The position numbers and the translations under genes were made by a program. 64,000 nucleotides of DNA from assembly GCA_002633005.1 (NCBI GenBank), contig NMRA01000760.1, positions 9,432 to 73,431 on the forward strand, given 5' to 3'. The stretch is from Phoronis australis (lineage: Eukaryota > Animalia > Phoronida). A model generated the notes under the pieces. That model ran no database searches, had not been told where the DNA came from, and saw only the letters and a program-made list of their open reading frames with translations. Positions 12,301 to 26,211 of the stretch are shown piece by piece (the stretch's first letter is position 1; each line of letters starts with the position of its first letter).

Positions 12301-15300
12301 ACATAGAACATAACACAACATGGCTGTGATGCAATGTCAAGGACTACGAACTGGACATGCTTTATGTTAAAAAAAAACATCTGAATTTTAGCAAAACTCG
12401 TCTGGTGTTGTCCAAATGATGGCAAAAGTTAGAAGGAAAGCCCAAAAAGTACAGTGAATCACTTGATTTTTGCTTCGAAATTTTGTCAATTTTTTTACTC
12501 TACTTGGTAATGTGCATTTTAAAAGCTGATAATTTTGTGACTTAATTGATGAGCACTAGCAAATTGACTGCTTTACTAACTGACAGCAGACGGTCCTTTC
12601 TTCAAAAGAGCTTCTGTTCAAGTTTAGAAAAAGCTTCAGGAACATGAGAACTTATTAGGACAAATCTGATACTGTAATACTTCAACTAGCTTACACTTTG
12701 GCACAAACATGGATTTTATTTTGTCAAATATCTCAACAGAAACGAATATATAGATAGAAAGTTCTTTACATCTGCCTCAAAGAGAAAGTTAACGTCTGAA
12801 AAATCAACCTATGTTACTATTTTTTTTAGCTAAACTACTGAACTAACTCACCGTCATGAGACAACATCTGTTTTCACGGAGAGCACCGCAGCAGCCAACC
12901 ACGCCAATAAATACAGTAATGCCACCTGTTGCCAGCAGGAGATACGTGGTAATAGAGTAGATACTGGTCGATAATAAAGAGACATAGCTCCACTTGTCTA
13001 AAAGAGTCCACAGTCCTATACCGAGTACGGCCAAGCCAGCAAACTGAAAAGTTTAAGAGGAAGTTTAAGAAAAATTAATGAATACAGTATCTATAACAAA
13101 TTCCCGCATCCTACTATTCAAGCCGCTAATTCATTTTATTACAGTAATTAAACATAGCATAATTTGTTTTGGGCTGTCCTTAGCACATTTTTATACCTAC
13201 AACTGAAAGCTGGCATCACCAGATGGCGCTGCGGCTAAAAAAAGATCCCTACCTATTTCAGCCCACTTTTTCTTTTCAACAATACGGACAACTAAAAAGT
13301 GGCGTATCACATCATCAAATTCTAAAAAAAGACTGCAACCAGTTAAGCTATTTTTGGCCATCTTTGCATACACCATATTGCATAACTTTATAGTCATGCT
13401 TTATAAAACTTTATTTATTACAGCTTATTTATTAAAACCAGTGTGTGAAGAAGGATTGACAATAAAAACATCTACGGCTTAGTAAATGTTCCAGATCTCT
13501 AGAGATGGGCTGTCAAATGCAAATATGGCAAGACACATAAGTGAAATTCTATTTTCTCATTTTTTAAATAATAAAGATATGCAGTACTAACATAATGCTT
13601 CACTATTTCTGTACTGTAGTCACCACCAGACAATATTTCAAATCGTAAATTTGCACTGTTTAATTGACTTAACAACAAAAATTGAAACATGCCTTTTACT
13701 GTCGTGAAGGTAACTGGAGTTGGTAATGAATGGAAGTTGAATCGTGTGTGTATCACAACAAAGAATGTCATGAGAGGTAAGGAGTACAATTCCATTTATA
13801 TTTTCAGCCGATTAACAGGTCGAAATGCTGCTATAAAATATTAAATATTGTGCTGTAGCTGTTTGTAGCCATCTTAACACACATCACTTTAATTAAAAAA
13901 ACATCATCTGTTAAAAATATGGTGAAATTAAATGTGTTCACTAAATACTCGAACAAACTCCAAAGGAATAGCATAGTAAATTTTAAGCTAAAATGACTAT
14001 AAACCAGCATTCTGTCCCCACTCAATGTTTATAAATATGTATATCTTGAGCCTTGATAGAAATACATGTCACACAACATTTTAAGTCTGTAGGCGGGATG
14101 CCCACTTGTTTGACCAGTGGTCTTGATGGCTCAGTGGCTAGAGCGTCTGCCCAGTTAGCAGAAGGTCATGCATTCGAGTCAGTGGTCGGAGGCAAAATTC
14201 TTTTCAGATTAACCATATGTTCATTACACCTGTAGGTCACATGATGTGGCCAAAAGGTAGTATGCAGAAGACTTAAAAATGTTTGTGACCACTTAAAAAA
14301 TCTTTAATCTTAATTTTTGCAGTACCCAACAGGTACTGCCCTCCAGTGTAGAAATTTGACAGTACACTTTCGGAATTTGAGGGTGAGAAAAACAGCCCAC
14401 TTTGAGGAGTGAATCACATAACCTCCAGACATGTTGCATGTTGTACTGGAGTGAAACATACAGTGGTCAACAATAACCTCAAGGTTGTATTCTACTGATG
14501 ATACAAAGGGGTGTTCTCCTAGACTAGACAGGTGCTAGAGGGTAAATGGGGATCCTATAATCCAATATTTAAGTAAGCAGGGCACTTGAATTATCAGTTG
14601 TATAACTCAATGCTAGAACCTGAAGGTAATCTTAAATTAATTTATGTATGTAAATGTTAAGAAATTTTATCGCCTTAAAAACAATATTTGTTTTCTAAGT
14701 CAACTCATGGGGTGCCAGAGAAACAGCTAAGGAATGAAAGGCTTTACGCATGATGTAATCAAACAATGCTGTAGAGTTTGTCCACTGTAATTGTTGGATT
14801 TCCTAATTAAAAAGACACTTTGCTATTTTATGCAAACCATTAGAGGTACAGTGCCAAGTGGTCCGAAAAGTAAACTTTTCGTGCTAAAATTGAAAAACTT
14901 CGCCAAACAATTTGAAACCTGAAGTTAAATGTGACAATGCATCAAAGAAGTCTTTCAATCAAAGAGGAAGCACAATGCTACTGACAATTTATCAAAAGCC
15001 ACAAAGCATCTAATGCTTCTGAACTTGTCCAGACTGGTCATTGCCTTGGGCTATTACCAAGCAGTACTTCAGCTCTCAGGGCTTCTGACTGACTTGAGTG
15101 CACAGTATTAGTACTCAATTGAGGGTGAAATCAGGACTATAAAGGGAAATTAATTTTCTCAGCATGAAATTGTATGTAATGATACTTTGCCTTGGGGTGA
15201 GAACCCTTTGAATGAGGACCTGGACAGTTCAACCTGCCACTGTAAATCAGAAATAGCAAGGAGTCTATGTTCAATCTCAGCAGTCCTACAGCAGTCATGA

Positions 15301-18300
15301 ATTTAACTGTTTAACTCCCCACAGTCTCACATGAAACATATCCAGATTCAAAGGACTTCAAACTTTAAAGCAAGGACTCCTAATAGTGAATGTTAATGTT
15401 CAAGGTAAAAATTTTAGGAATGCAGACAGGGCCATGCTGATTCATTAACTTTTCTAGTCATGAAAGTTTCACTGGGGCAACTTGGTGGGCAAACAAAGGT
15501 TGACTTGTTCAAATTAAATATGAACTATGAAGAGGGGGGATCCTTCTGGAAACACACCTACAAACTAATTTTACATGTTAATATCTAGGACCTGTCGTAG
15601 GTTTATAACCTTTTTTAGTTTACGTCAAAATGCAGGGCCAAGGTTTACACTCATCTCACTGATTAACATCTTTCTGGAACTACATGAACTAGAAAGAACT
15701 ATGCTTGCAGGCCAATTGACAGCTATGCGAGAAACTTAGAAAATATTCAGCAATTCTCAATATAAATTCAAATGCAACTTCAATTACATTGCTCTCGCTC
15801 GATATTGAAATCAATTTTTGGTTGATAAAAATATTTTGTTGAATTTTTCCAAATCTTGACCCAAGATATGTGGTGGCATTTATGCGCACGCATCATTTGA
15901 TTTTTGCACAAATTGGACAACTGGGGCCCCGGGTTTGCCATTCAAGTTTTCAACAAGAAATTCCTTGTCCGTCAATATTTGACTGAACAACTCGATCAAT
16001 TTCGCCAAAACTTGGCTTAGATGTACATGACGAGAAATCACCGATACTTGTTGATGTTTGGTGACATGACTTGAAGAATTTTGACAATATATCATGTACA
16101 GTTGTGTGCAGAAAATGTACTGCCAAAAGCAGTTTATGGACAAAATCAACTACTCTAGCACCCCATGTTGACCACTTTTGATTGTCAGTCGATCATTATC
16201 ACAAAGGTCTGGCACATTTTGAAGACACGTGACTCAAGGATTTATGGCTGTATCAGTATTTTTCAGACGGCCTAAACTAGTGACACACGGACTAAACTAG
16301 TGACACGCTGCGGCCCTGGGCCATTTTAGTTTTCCACAAGGTATGGCTTGTCTGTCAATTATTGTCAAAACAGTTTGGCACATTTTGATGAAACTTTACA
16401 CAGAGATACATAGTAGGGATTCACCGGCATCAGATGATTTCTACAACCTTAGCTTGATGGACTACCACTCCACCTGTAGTCTATTTTAGTTCTGGATGGG
16501 ACTTCTCTATTCATCCATATCCACCAGCACTAGTTTATTTTCAGCTTGGTTAGTGAACAAATTAGCATAATTACATTCCATGAAACTAATAAACAATCCA
16601 AGAAGAATCCTGACCCAGTTCATTTTATTTTTAAATGAGCTCTTCTGTCCTCCCTGGCTTCCTACCAAGTCTATACTACTAATGTGTTAAAATCAATAAG
16701 TTCCCTACAAATTCACAACCTTCGCTTCAGTCTGTTAAAATGTTTATTACTTTTCTCGAGATTTTCAGCAGGTTTAAAATAGCCATGAAGTTATGATCAA
16801 AACTCGCAACTTTTTCGTTAGCGAAACGCTGACTAAAGCAACCAGAGGCAAAAATGTGACCTGCGTTTCCACACTTATTTAGCATACAATATGGCAGACG
16901 GGAAAATTTTTATGTTATCTAATTTATCAAAACAAAAATTAGAGATTAGCAAATTTTTAATCCATTATTAGCTTGGATGGCACAGAGCAGACAACATGAA
17001 ACATTTGGTGAAGTTTTCAGAATTTCCAGCAATGTAATCAGCCTTAGAAAATAGAAAACTGACACTAATTGTTGACAAATATTACTGTTTGACCAAAAAG
17101 GTTGCAAGTCTTTTAGTGACAGAGACCCCTGGTTCTAAGCTTCAATTTATGTGTCTCACTAATCAGAAGTGTCCTGTGTTTTTTAAGGCTGGTGTTACAG
17201 CACTGTACAATAAATAAATACTACATAAATGGTGTTGATGGCCACATTCTTTAGAAGACATCCAATACAGACACTAATTGAAGAAAGACATGGTCTTCAG
17301 AGATCATTATTTCTCCTGCTCTATAGTGGTAACTAGCTCTTGGTCAACATAATGTCCACACTGCCAACCTGCACATGGCGTCACGGTCGAAGTAACGAAA
17401 AGAAAGAGCAACTATGCATCAATTAAAGAAGAGAACTAAACCGGTACTATTTGTTTCTTCCACCTTGACATTGATAAAAGCACTGCTGAGACAAGTTGGT
17501 TGGATAGAAAAGCACAACGGCAAAATCTCACCGATTTGTGAAATTTCAAATTTAATGCTTTGTTCAAGTTTTGTACCACACTTACCACAATACAATTTTT
17601 TGAAAAATTAAGGGCTTTCACGATAATGTTAAAGCCCTAGAAAAATAAAAAGGTCATTATTGGCAATTATTTTTGAACAGATTGCTGAGATTTTACCACA
17701 CCGAGGTGGGTAATGTTGTGCAGGTGTACAAAGTTGTGCCAAAAACCACCAAATTATGTAGCAGTAACGTGATGAAATACGTCTTATTGATAGACAGAGA
17801 TAGAGTGGTTGGTGGGCAGCCCTCTGAATTCTTGTTTGGGGGATTCAAGGCGGTGAGACTTCCCACAATTGTCCATAAATTTTTTGCCATCATCATGCTG
17901 TCAAATTGCCTGAGATTTTCAAGTGATTCACACAAAAATGTCCAACTATTCAAAATATGAAAAAAGAAACTGCAATGTGCCTGATAACTGGCCCATCCCT
18001 TGCACACTAGAACTAGAAATTGGGTCAAGTGTCAGACACTTGGACTCTCACAATGGTAAAGATCGAGTTGTATGCTGAGTGTTTTTTATTTTTAAATAAA
18101 AAAGGCGTTCCCCCACAGAAATCAATTTTTGAACAGTTATGACTATAGAATTGGTCTTAACTTGTTCCTTTCTCAGGTGAGAAGTGATTTTCAGTCTTGC
18201 AAACAACTGGCAGTACACAATTCCTCGAGACTGTGCTGGGTGCACATTGAACGTTGTCAAACCAACTTGCATGGTGCACATTGAAGGACACACCGTGTCA

Positions 18301-21300
18301 AGCCAACTTGCACAGTGAATGACACACGGTGTCAAGCCAACTTGCAGAGTCCACATTGAATCACACACTGTATCAAGCCAACTTGCAGAGCCTGAGGTTA
18401 TGGAGGATTTTGAGAATGGCCAACTTGAGAATGTCATATCTCAGAAATGGCACTTTGGATTGATATAAGACTCTCAGATACTGTGCTTTATGTATTGTTC
18501 ACAAAGTCCTGTTAGGAATTGTCTTCAAAATGTTCCACTTATTGCAATCTAAAACAGGACTTTTACAATTCATATAAAAACTCAGTAATTGCATAGCAAA
18601 ATGATTATGTAGAAAACAATAACAGCGTTTTTGAGATTTCAACTTGAACAAAAATATGTGTCATGAACTTAGTTCGTGCTTTTTATACCATTGTAATGCT
18701 ATCAAAATAATATTCTTTGTTTCAAAGATATACTAAAATGACATGATCACATGACCCAATCAATGGCAAATTAGTAAAAAGTCAAAAGACAAAATCTAAA
18801 GGCTTTCTGCTTTCAGAGTGAGTTAAAAACCTATAGTTTTGTAGATACTTAATAGTAAATATGCAGACTCGTGGATAAGGTCCCTGATAACCTTAAACGA
18901 TAACAAACTGCTTTCCAAGACCTCCAATTTGACTAAGCAACAATCTGAGACCAATTTTTATGGTAAGTGATGTAAAACAAAAGTTAGATCTGGTGACTGA
19001 AGAGGGGTGTATAGGCACTTTGATTAATTTTTTCACACTTGCCCTAAATCACCTTTAGCTCGTGGGTCAACATGTAGGGGACAACTGTCAAGCTGGAGGC
19101 AACTTAACACTAAAGCTACATATCCATTTGATACAAATAAACCCAGCCAGGTACGTACCTCAATCCTTCAAAATCACCAAGCTGCACCAGGACAATCCAC
19201 CCTTGAGTTACTTAAATCCTTATCAGTCACAAGTGTATTTATCTTCTAGAACAAACAGCTTGTTACCAGCTTGTTTTCACACACTTCACAATACATGTAG
19301 GTAGATTCTTATAAGCAGGACCTTCAGAAGACCACCAGTGCAGACAACACACACACACACCCACACACCCACACGCACGCGCACACGCACACACCTCTTG
19401 CAAGAATCACTTTTTGCACCTCCAGGCATGCTTTCTTTGTGCAATAAATCAAAAGTGGAACTAGGCACTTGTGCATACCTAACCCAAATAATTCAGTGGA
19501 TTTGTCACTTGAAATGTAATTTACCACTCCTAAGAGGAACTTCAAGACATAAGCAATGGTAGTAACTGAAACTTTCTGCAAATGTTTCAACGTCCATTTC
19601 TGAATAAAAAAAACACTTGGATTTATAAAACCCAGCGTGCTCTCCACGCAAATGGTGCCCTCCATTCACTGTTCTTTTTAACACAGTAGAATAATTTATC
19701 ATGACGTCTGCAACCTTGAGAGGCTTTTTGGCCCGATTTCATAAGACAGTAAAAGGAACTATCAATAAGTCACCTGTGGTGTAAGATTCAATGCCCACCA
19801 CCCATCCCCCTCACACCTGTGATAAAGTCAGGAGCATGACTGCCCAGCAGGCTTTGTTTTGTCAGCCAATCAACACAACAGCTATTATTACAAGGTCAAA
19901 GTGTACTTGTTGAGATAACAAAATAATTGGCCAATACCAGGAAGATAGTGCTAATGTCTTCCTGCCAATACCAACATATCAAACCTTAGAACACCTTCAG
20001 AAATGAAAAGCGGCAATTATTTTTGCCTGAAGTTAGTGAGATTTTACTTTCAGCGAATCTGACCGAGGGTACAACGGACAAAAAATAACCATCTCAAAGA
20101 TGGAGACTTTTTGACATGGTTTCAAATTTTATTACGATCTCACACTCAGTATACCATTTTTCAAAACGGTTCTTTTCAAAATTATATTTGTTTCCTGTAA
20201 TTGTGATAATATAGTGTACTATATTTGTGTTTGTATATAATCTTCCATCTATAAGGATTGTTTACACTGCAGTTAAAGAACTAAATTAAACCTTTGTAAA
20301 GTTAATCATGAAAGAAAAGACAAGGAAGATTCGTAGGGTACAACGAAAACTTCCCCAGTGCTCAAAAGTTATAGTAAAAATCTCACCTAATTTCAGAAAA
20401 AATATAATTGCTAATGATATATTTCAAAGTGTTCTAACATTGCCATCAATACCTGGAATTTTGATGGAACCTGGGGTGCTTTTAGCAGAACCGTTCTGCC
20501 CTTTGAACATGCGTCCCACCACGGCATCAGAATGTCCCGCTTTTCGACATGCATGACTGTGGTAATATTTGACTGTATCATATCTGAGCCTTTTCACACT
20601 AAGTACAAATATTCCCCTATCCCCCCTTCCCCTTCTCACTTCCCAAACGCAACTAAGAAAATAAAATACAAAATTACGCAGGCATTACAGTCTCAAGGCA
20701 TTGCAGCAGACCTTTCGCCCTATATCAAGATGACCATTTTTTTCATTTTGGAATGATGCCAACTACGTCAGAGCTGTCTGAAAAAACATGATAATGGCAA
20801 AACTTGGGATTCCCATTTGGCAACAGGTTCAGATGCCAATTTCATGAATGTTATTCCCCAATGGTGATTAAAACTAGAACCTATGCTGCACTACATAAAA
20901 CATAAACTCCTCGCACAAAGTAGGTGTCCCTGCAGATTATCCAACTTTCACAGTAGAAGTTTACAGTTGGTAGCTCTGAAGAATTCCTGCAGAGCATATA
21001 AGGCCTGCACTAGGTACTAAAACAAGAGTGTGGGGCTAATTGTACGTCAATAGCTGGCCTGTTACCCCTGGTGAACTGTATACAAAGAAAATATTGAAGA
21101 AAAAAAAACATCTGGGAGAACATTGTTTACTAACAGCTCAAACCTCATCGCATTGGCAAAACTGCAGGGTTGGTATAAAATAGCGTGAGAATTGCGGTCT
21201 ATCCAGTTCATGAACAATACTTTTTAAAAAGTTGACAAAATCAGTCACTTCTGCTTACTTTCAAATGATCTGTTTCTGTTATTTTTGTTGTTTCCCGTTA

Positions 21301-24300
21301 GATTTTTGCCATGACGTTAAAGAAGATACGTGAATTTCATTTGCCAGACTCATGTTAAAATATTCCCTCCGTATTAGTTCCTGACCCAGACTAGACCAAT
21401 GCAAAATTAGCAACATCAAATTCATATTGTCGCTTCACGACTACAGCTCCCATTTCTAACAGTGCACTCAGATATACACCTGATTATGTATTAGACAAAG
21501 CAAAAAAACTGGGGGCTTTCTGAGTAGCAATTGATTCTTTGATCAACACAGCAGCCATTTAAGCAATAACTGGAACAGACTCAACAGTAGCAGTTGAAGT
21601 GCTCCCAGCACATTACCACAGTTGAAATTCAAGGCTAAAGAGGAAACACGCTATGAAAATGCATTACTGAGCTGACCTTATCATGGTATGCAATTAACAG
21701 AATAAAACTGCATCAAATCAGCAGTATGTTGAATAGTGTATAGCCAAACATCAAAAACTCCAGCTGCCAAATGCTGTGGACGAATCATACCTTAAAACTC
21801 AGATAGTCATTGGTTCTTCTGAGGCGTTCAGCAGTTGTTATGTTACAGTACTGAAAACTCTCACCAATTTTGGAAAAATGAATGCCAAATTTGATCTATT
21901 TTCCTTTTCAATGGCTTCTTACCTTGCACAGTTGTTAACACCTACGATTCTCAGCGCGATAGCAGTTTCTCTACAGAAGGCTAAACGAAAATACAAGCAT
22001 AGATTTGGCTCTACTTAATTTTTGTGAGAAAATAAAAAATGATTGTCACTTGTCAGCCATAGTTTGTCCTGAATTAGCAAGAATTTACTGTAACGCACAT
22101 TAACTTTTCCAACTTCACACAATTACACTCTGGATTTTACTGCTTGCTTGATAAACATACTTAGACAAAATTTGTTTCCCCTTTTCACTACAACGTGCAG
22201 GATTAGACATTTTGTGTGTTCTTCTGGCTGTACTCACAATATAGTTAAGCTATTGAAACTGGTGGTCATTTCACTTCTACATAACAATAGTCTATGGACA
22301 GAACTTGCTCAAAATGATCATTCCTGCATTTTACTCCCCAGTTTGCCCTTACTGCATGCCTATCCCCCTTTTGCCCTTACATTTTGCTTTGCATAATTCC
22401 AAGGCAAAACATTTAAAATTAACTATCTATACATCCATGATTAACACCATGATGGAGGGCCAATAATCAACATTCGATAAACTCTACCAATCAACAAGGT
22501 CAAAAATGATTCTCCATTTATAAACAAATAATACAAGGAAATGGCAAAGTTTATTTATATGAGAGTTAAATATTTAGACTACAAATGGACATTTTTTTAA
22601 TTGATGACATCAATGGTCTCACCCAATAAACACTGGGAGTTAAGTTAATAAGGACATGAACTGTGTCACCTAAGTAAGTAACATGACAGGTACAAACAGC
22701 TCAGCAAATATATCTTAAGTCCTGTACACACAGTCTTACCCTAGAACAACTTGCACTAGTGCAACTTTAAGTGGAGCATCCACACACTAGGGTAAGGCGA
22801 AGTTGTCGCTCTGTGCACAACATTGGACAGCTAATGCAAATACGGAGGTCACGAGAAGACTCTTCTGTATGTAACGGCAACAGATTATTTGTTAACATGT
22901 CCACTAGAGGGAGCAACAATGGTGAACTTGACATCAGGACCAAGGGGCACAGTACTAGCTATGCTAAAATTCTCACACTAAATTCAACTCTCTTCTTTCA
23001 GAGTTAAGACATGCATTTTACAATCAACTAAGTTTTCAAAAGGTAGAGGTCCCACCAACGATTTTTACCATTCAGCATTTCAAAATTTCTTGGTGTCCGC
23101 AAATTATTACACAACGAACAGCAAATATTCATTAGCATTAGAATGATGAATGGTGAAATGATTCTCATGTCAAATTTTGATTAGCATAGCACAACTGCAG
23201 GTCAAGCACTCAACACACACTCAGTAGTGTGAATAAATACTGCAGGTATATGTCGAGGTGCGGTTATTCCAAGGTGGTCTCCAATCAATGAAACAAATGC
23301 CTAACTAGTGAGTTTCAAAAAATTTTCCCCATCAATACACTAGGCTCGCGCTAGAGTTTTAAACGGATTAGTCAAAATGGCTTAAGCATCGGAAAACTTT
23401 TAGCCATTTTCAACAATTATTAGCCAAATATTTTCTCATTTCCCAACCTCCGCAACTGATAAAAATACCGCTACAGGCACCCAACTTTCTATTTTTCATG
23501 TTATGCACAGGTCGTTTTCATAAATGTACTATAAGAAAAAACATTTGCCTTAAAAAAATGATCAACATTCCAAGGTCACATAAATAAATTGGAGGAGATG
23601 TCAGCCAACATGAGTTTTACTATGACCTAAACAGTTTTCCAGGCTTCCCCTATCCCCAGGTTACGATGAGGTATGCCAAAAACATGCCTTGGGCATTTCA
23701 TAGATGTAGACCAAAAAAATTTGGCCCCTATCCTCGAGTTATCTTGGGGTATGCCGGTCACATGGGCATTTTGATGAGCAAGACATTAAGTCCAAAAACG
23801 TTAACATAAATTGTGACTTGCAAAATAAAGCTGAATCGTGTAGAGCAGTAAATATAAAACTCATTAAGTAACAAACTGATATTTACTTGACTTTGCTTTC
23901 GTTCGGCCACCGCCGAATGCGAACGTGTCCTAGTCTGTCAATAATTGTTTACGCTTGCGACATTTGGTGAGCTAACTAGGTAGGACATGTGACCTATTTT
24001 GATTTAAAAATGTATAAAAAACTCGCTCTTCCCGGCATCGTCCGTGCCTTTTACTTCTAGAAAAGAAAGCCTCTGAGCATCAAGTTTGAAACAATATTTG
24101 GCACGACAAATTATGCGCTGAAAACAGGTAAAGTTAGCAGTGAACTGGGAGAGATTCATGTAATATGAAAGCAATAAATTTAAACCTTGAGTTCATATTG
24201 CATGTTTGAGTCAGCTCAACTCAGTTTAGTTTTATCCCCCGGGTAATTTAATACCGTCGGATTGGCTCACACCATGTCGCGAGTGTAAAAAGTTATTGAG

Positions 24301-24734
24301 AAACTGGGTTGAATCTAGCGGTCACCAAATGCCAACTAGAACAAGAAACTCACCAGCGTAAACCACTTTAAAATGAATTCCAGCACGTCACCGATGCCTA
24401 TCTCACTGAGTTTGTATTAAAGTACGAGAAGTGAGTTTGAAGACTGGACTCAGCGACCTGGTCTTTGAAAACAGCAAAAAATTAGTTAAAAAAATACATG
24501 AGTAAAATGTGCTCATACGGAAAATAAAAAGCTGAAGAACTCCCCCTAGCTCTGAGATGAGCAACAAGTAATTACCCATCATGCAACACTGCAACTACTT
24601 GAGGAAGAATGAATGCTTACCCAGAATAAAACGTTGAAGATAAAAAGAACATATTTGAGGAAGAAGAGGCTACAGCAACCCTCCTCTCTGTTAGGCTCGG
24701 TCAGATGTTGACGGTGGTTATTCTGTTGAGGCAT
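9314..24734 (-). CDS. Tetraspanin, CD151/TSPAN11-like, 261 aa, complement(join(9314..9382,9777..9860,11066..11218,11645..11743,12213..12287,12852..13043,24621..24734))
   Basis: Seven phase-0 GT-AG exons join into one ORF with four hydrophobic segments. It has LKYVLFIFNVLFW, GCCGALRENRCCL, a large loop with CCG, PDSCC and two further Cys, and the tail KSYRVTKY*. Confidence 0.95.
9777..9860 (-). CDS. Tetraspanin coding exon 6 (84 nt)
   Basis: ttccag|SCMSQLVIYVKEHLVIIGATCIGISGLQ|gtaagt. Confidence 0.93.
10960..10975 (-). promoter_or_regulatory. CTCF-like motif
   Basis: GCAACAGATGGCGCTG versus core consensus CCACCAGRKGGCGC. Confidence 0.5.
11066..11218 (-). CDS. Tetraspanin coding exon 5 (153 nt, CCG loop)
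   Basis: cacag|FRCCGARDFEDWKKSEYFKSGLVNQTVPDSCCKTFSDQCAKSTSPSNINYD|gtaagt. Confidence 0.95.
11645..11743 (-). CDS. Tetraspanin coding exon 4 (99 nt)
   Basis: ttccag|LKSEMERNLNSTMLKYYHFDEVKTKAIDDLQTK|gttagt. Confidence 0.93.
12213..12287 (-). CDS. Tetraspanin coding exon 3 (75 nt, TM3)
   Basis: tgtag|YAFLLLLVFILEAVTGVLAYIYQAG|gtaagt. Confidence 0.95.
12852..13043 (-). CDS. Tetraspanin coding exon 2 (192 nt)
   Basis: tttcag|FAGLAVLGIGLWTLLDKWSYVSLLSTSIYSITTYLLLATGGITVFIGVVGCCGALRENRCCLMT|gtgagt. Confidence 0.95.
13216..13231 (+). promoter_or_regulatory. CTCF-like motif
   Basis: TCACCAGATGGCGCTG. Confidence 0.55.
14120..14194 (+). pseudogene. tRNA-Thr(AGT)-derived SINE head / tRNA pseudogene
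   Basis: A box TGGCTCAGTGG and anticodon arm TCTGC-CCAGTTA-GCAGA. It has C at position 33, T at 37, a degenerate B box (GCATTCGAGTC) and poorly pairing acceptor and T stems, so it is not a functional tRNA. Confidence 0.7.
18240..18390. repeat. Degenerate minisatellite, 34-41 bp unit, about 3.5 copies
   Basis: Core tgtcaagccaacttgca recurs four times with related intervening sequence. Confidence 0.85.
19347..19393. repeat. Compound (CA)n/(CACG)n microsatellite
   Basis: Directly visible in the sequence. Confidence 0.85.
22901..22914 (+). promoter_or_regulatory. CTCF-like motif
   Basis: CCACTAGAGGGAGC. Confidence 0.45.
24621..24734 (-). CDS. Tetraspanin coding exon 1 (exon starts at 24750; 16 nt of 5' UTR precede the ATG)
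   Basis: MPQQNNHRQHLTEPNREEGCCSLFFLKYVLFIFNVLFW|gtaagc. The acceptor tttgtttcag directly upstream of 24750 implies further non-coding exons upstream. Confidence 0.9.
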
Positions 24735-25745
24735 CCTCTATGTTTTGAGTCTGAAACAAAATAAAAAACATATTCATCAGGACCAACTTCGTCGGTTCTT
24801 CATCCTTTTACAATTAAACAACTCCTTCGACCGACAAGTTTCACTTGTAATGATTGGGTTTTATTGCTGTCGAAAGTCATGAAATGTCCACAACATCTGC
24901 AGTAATGAAGAAGTACTATAGTAAATTGGGTTGGCCACCCTTTGGAACAATTTCACTATTTTAATTCACGGAATTGCAGGCCATCTTTCAACTCCACCAC
25001 TGCTAACACGGCAAAGAAATAAGTACAATAAAATCCCACCAATCACGAAGACAATTGCTTTTTTGTTTAATTTTCAAGGTTAACATTTGTTGTGAATGCC
25101 CATAATTTTTCAGAACCGCTGTTACGTGGTAGATATAATATAGACCTTAAAACTGATAAAAGATTTATATTTCATGGAAAAATTAAAAAACAAATTCCAT
25201 TGTCAGCCACATTGTTTCCTAAATTCAGATGAGGTTTTACTGTCCACCTGCTGTAGCAAGCCAAGTTATTGCGTCTGTTTTCAAACAATAACACATTCTT
25301 CAGTTCTTCCTAAACCCAAACATCATCTGAGCATGTAGCAAGTACAGATCTATGCCCACAATTATTTGATGACACTTGGCTCTTCTCAACTTCCAACTGC
25401 TGGTTTATGGCAATTGGTAATTCCAATTACCAGCTTATTGGCTGTGGACTACTTTCTAGCCTCAGGTTATATAAGTCACATTTCTTGCCTGATTTTCGAA
25501 ATTCAAAAACCTAACCATGTGTACTTTTCACACACCATTTTAATATGTTAATTCAAAATTGTAAAAATAAAAATTTAAATAACACTATGGTGGGGGGAGG
25601 GGGCGGGGAGGGGGCGGGGGGGGGGGGTGTAGTGTTTACAACCATGTTCAGATGGACAATTTCACAGGTGATGACCCAAGTTAATCTCCTAAGGATACCA
25701 TCAGCTGGAACTGTATGCTTTCTTTGAAGATAGCCAGGGATTCTA

Positions 25746-26211
25746 AGGTCTTTTCATACTAACAGTGTGAGTGGAGCATCAATATAAAATGTGGAATTAA
25801 TTGAATTGTTCATACCAGCTGCCCTAGTTAACAACATCATAGTGAACAGTAGGTGATGCTGCCCTCAGGTAATCGCGAGGTAGCGCTGATGCATCCCGTG
25901 CTCGGTCAGATTTTTTTAACGTAACAATTTCAGAATATTTACTTTATTTCTAATTCAATTGGTGATTATTCAAGCAAAATATAAGCAACTGTTTGTGATT
26001 ACATTGCCCTTTAATTGTTGACAATAGCAGTGACCCATGGTGATAACTTTGATGAGACCAAAGTTGACCGTTCATACTGTATTGCAACATTGATGCAATG
26101 CTGTGAAAACCCACCTATTTACTGGCACTGTTAACTTTGACCCAGAGCCGAAGTTAACCATTCATACTGACCGTAACACCGCAAAACATCTACGTCCCTA
26201 CAAAAGGGCCT
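25746..26211. mobile_element. Harbinger-like MITE, diverged copy in opposite orientation
   Basis: Termini AGGTCTTTTCATACT...AAAAGGGCCT. The interior (tttctaattcaattggtgattattcaagcaaaatataag) is the reverse complement of the 45015 copy. No clear TSD. Confidence 0.75.

Noticed and set aside
14120-14194. Functional tRNA-Thr gene
   Set aside because: Invariant U33 and purine 37 are lost, the B box is degenerate and the stems pair poorly.
18240-18390. Conserved 17-bp core with variable intervening sequence, superficially CRISPR-like
   Set aside because: The intervening segments are related to each other, there are only four cores, there are no cas genes and the context is a eukaryotic intron. 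It is a minisatellite.
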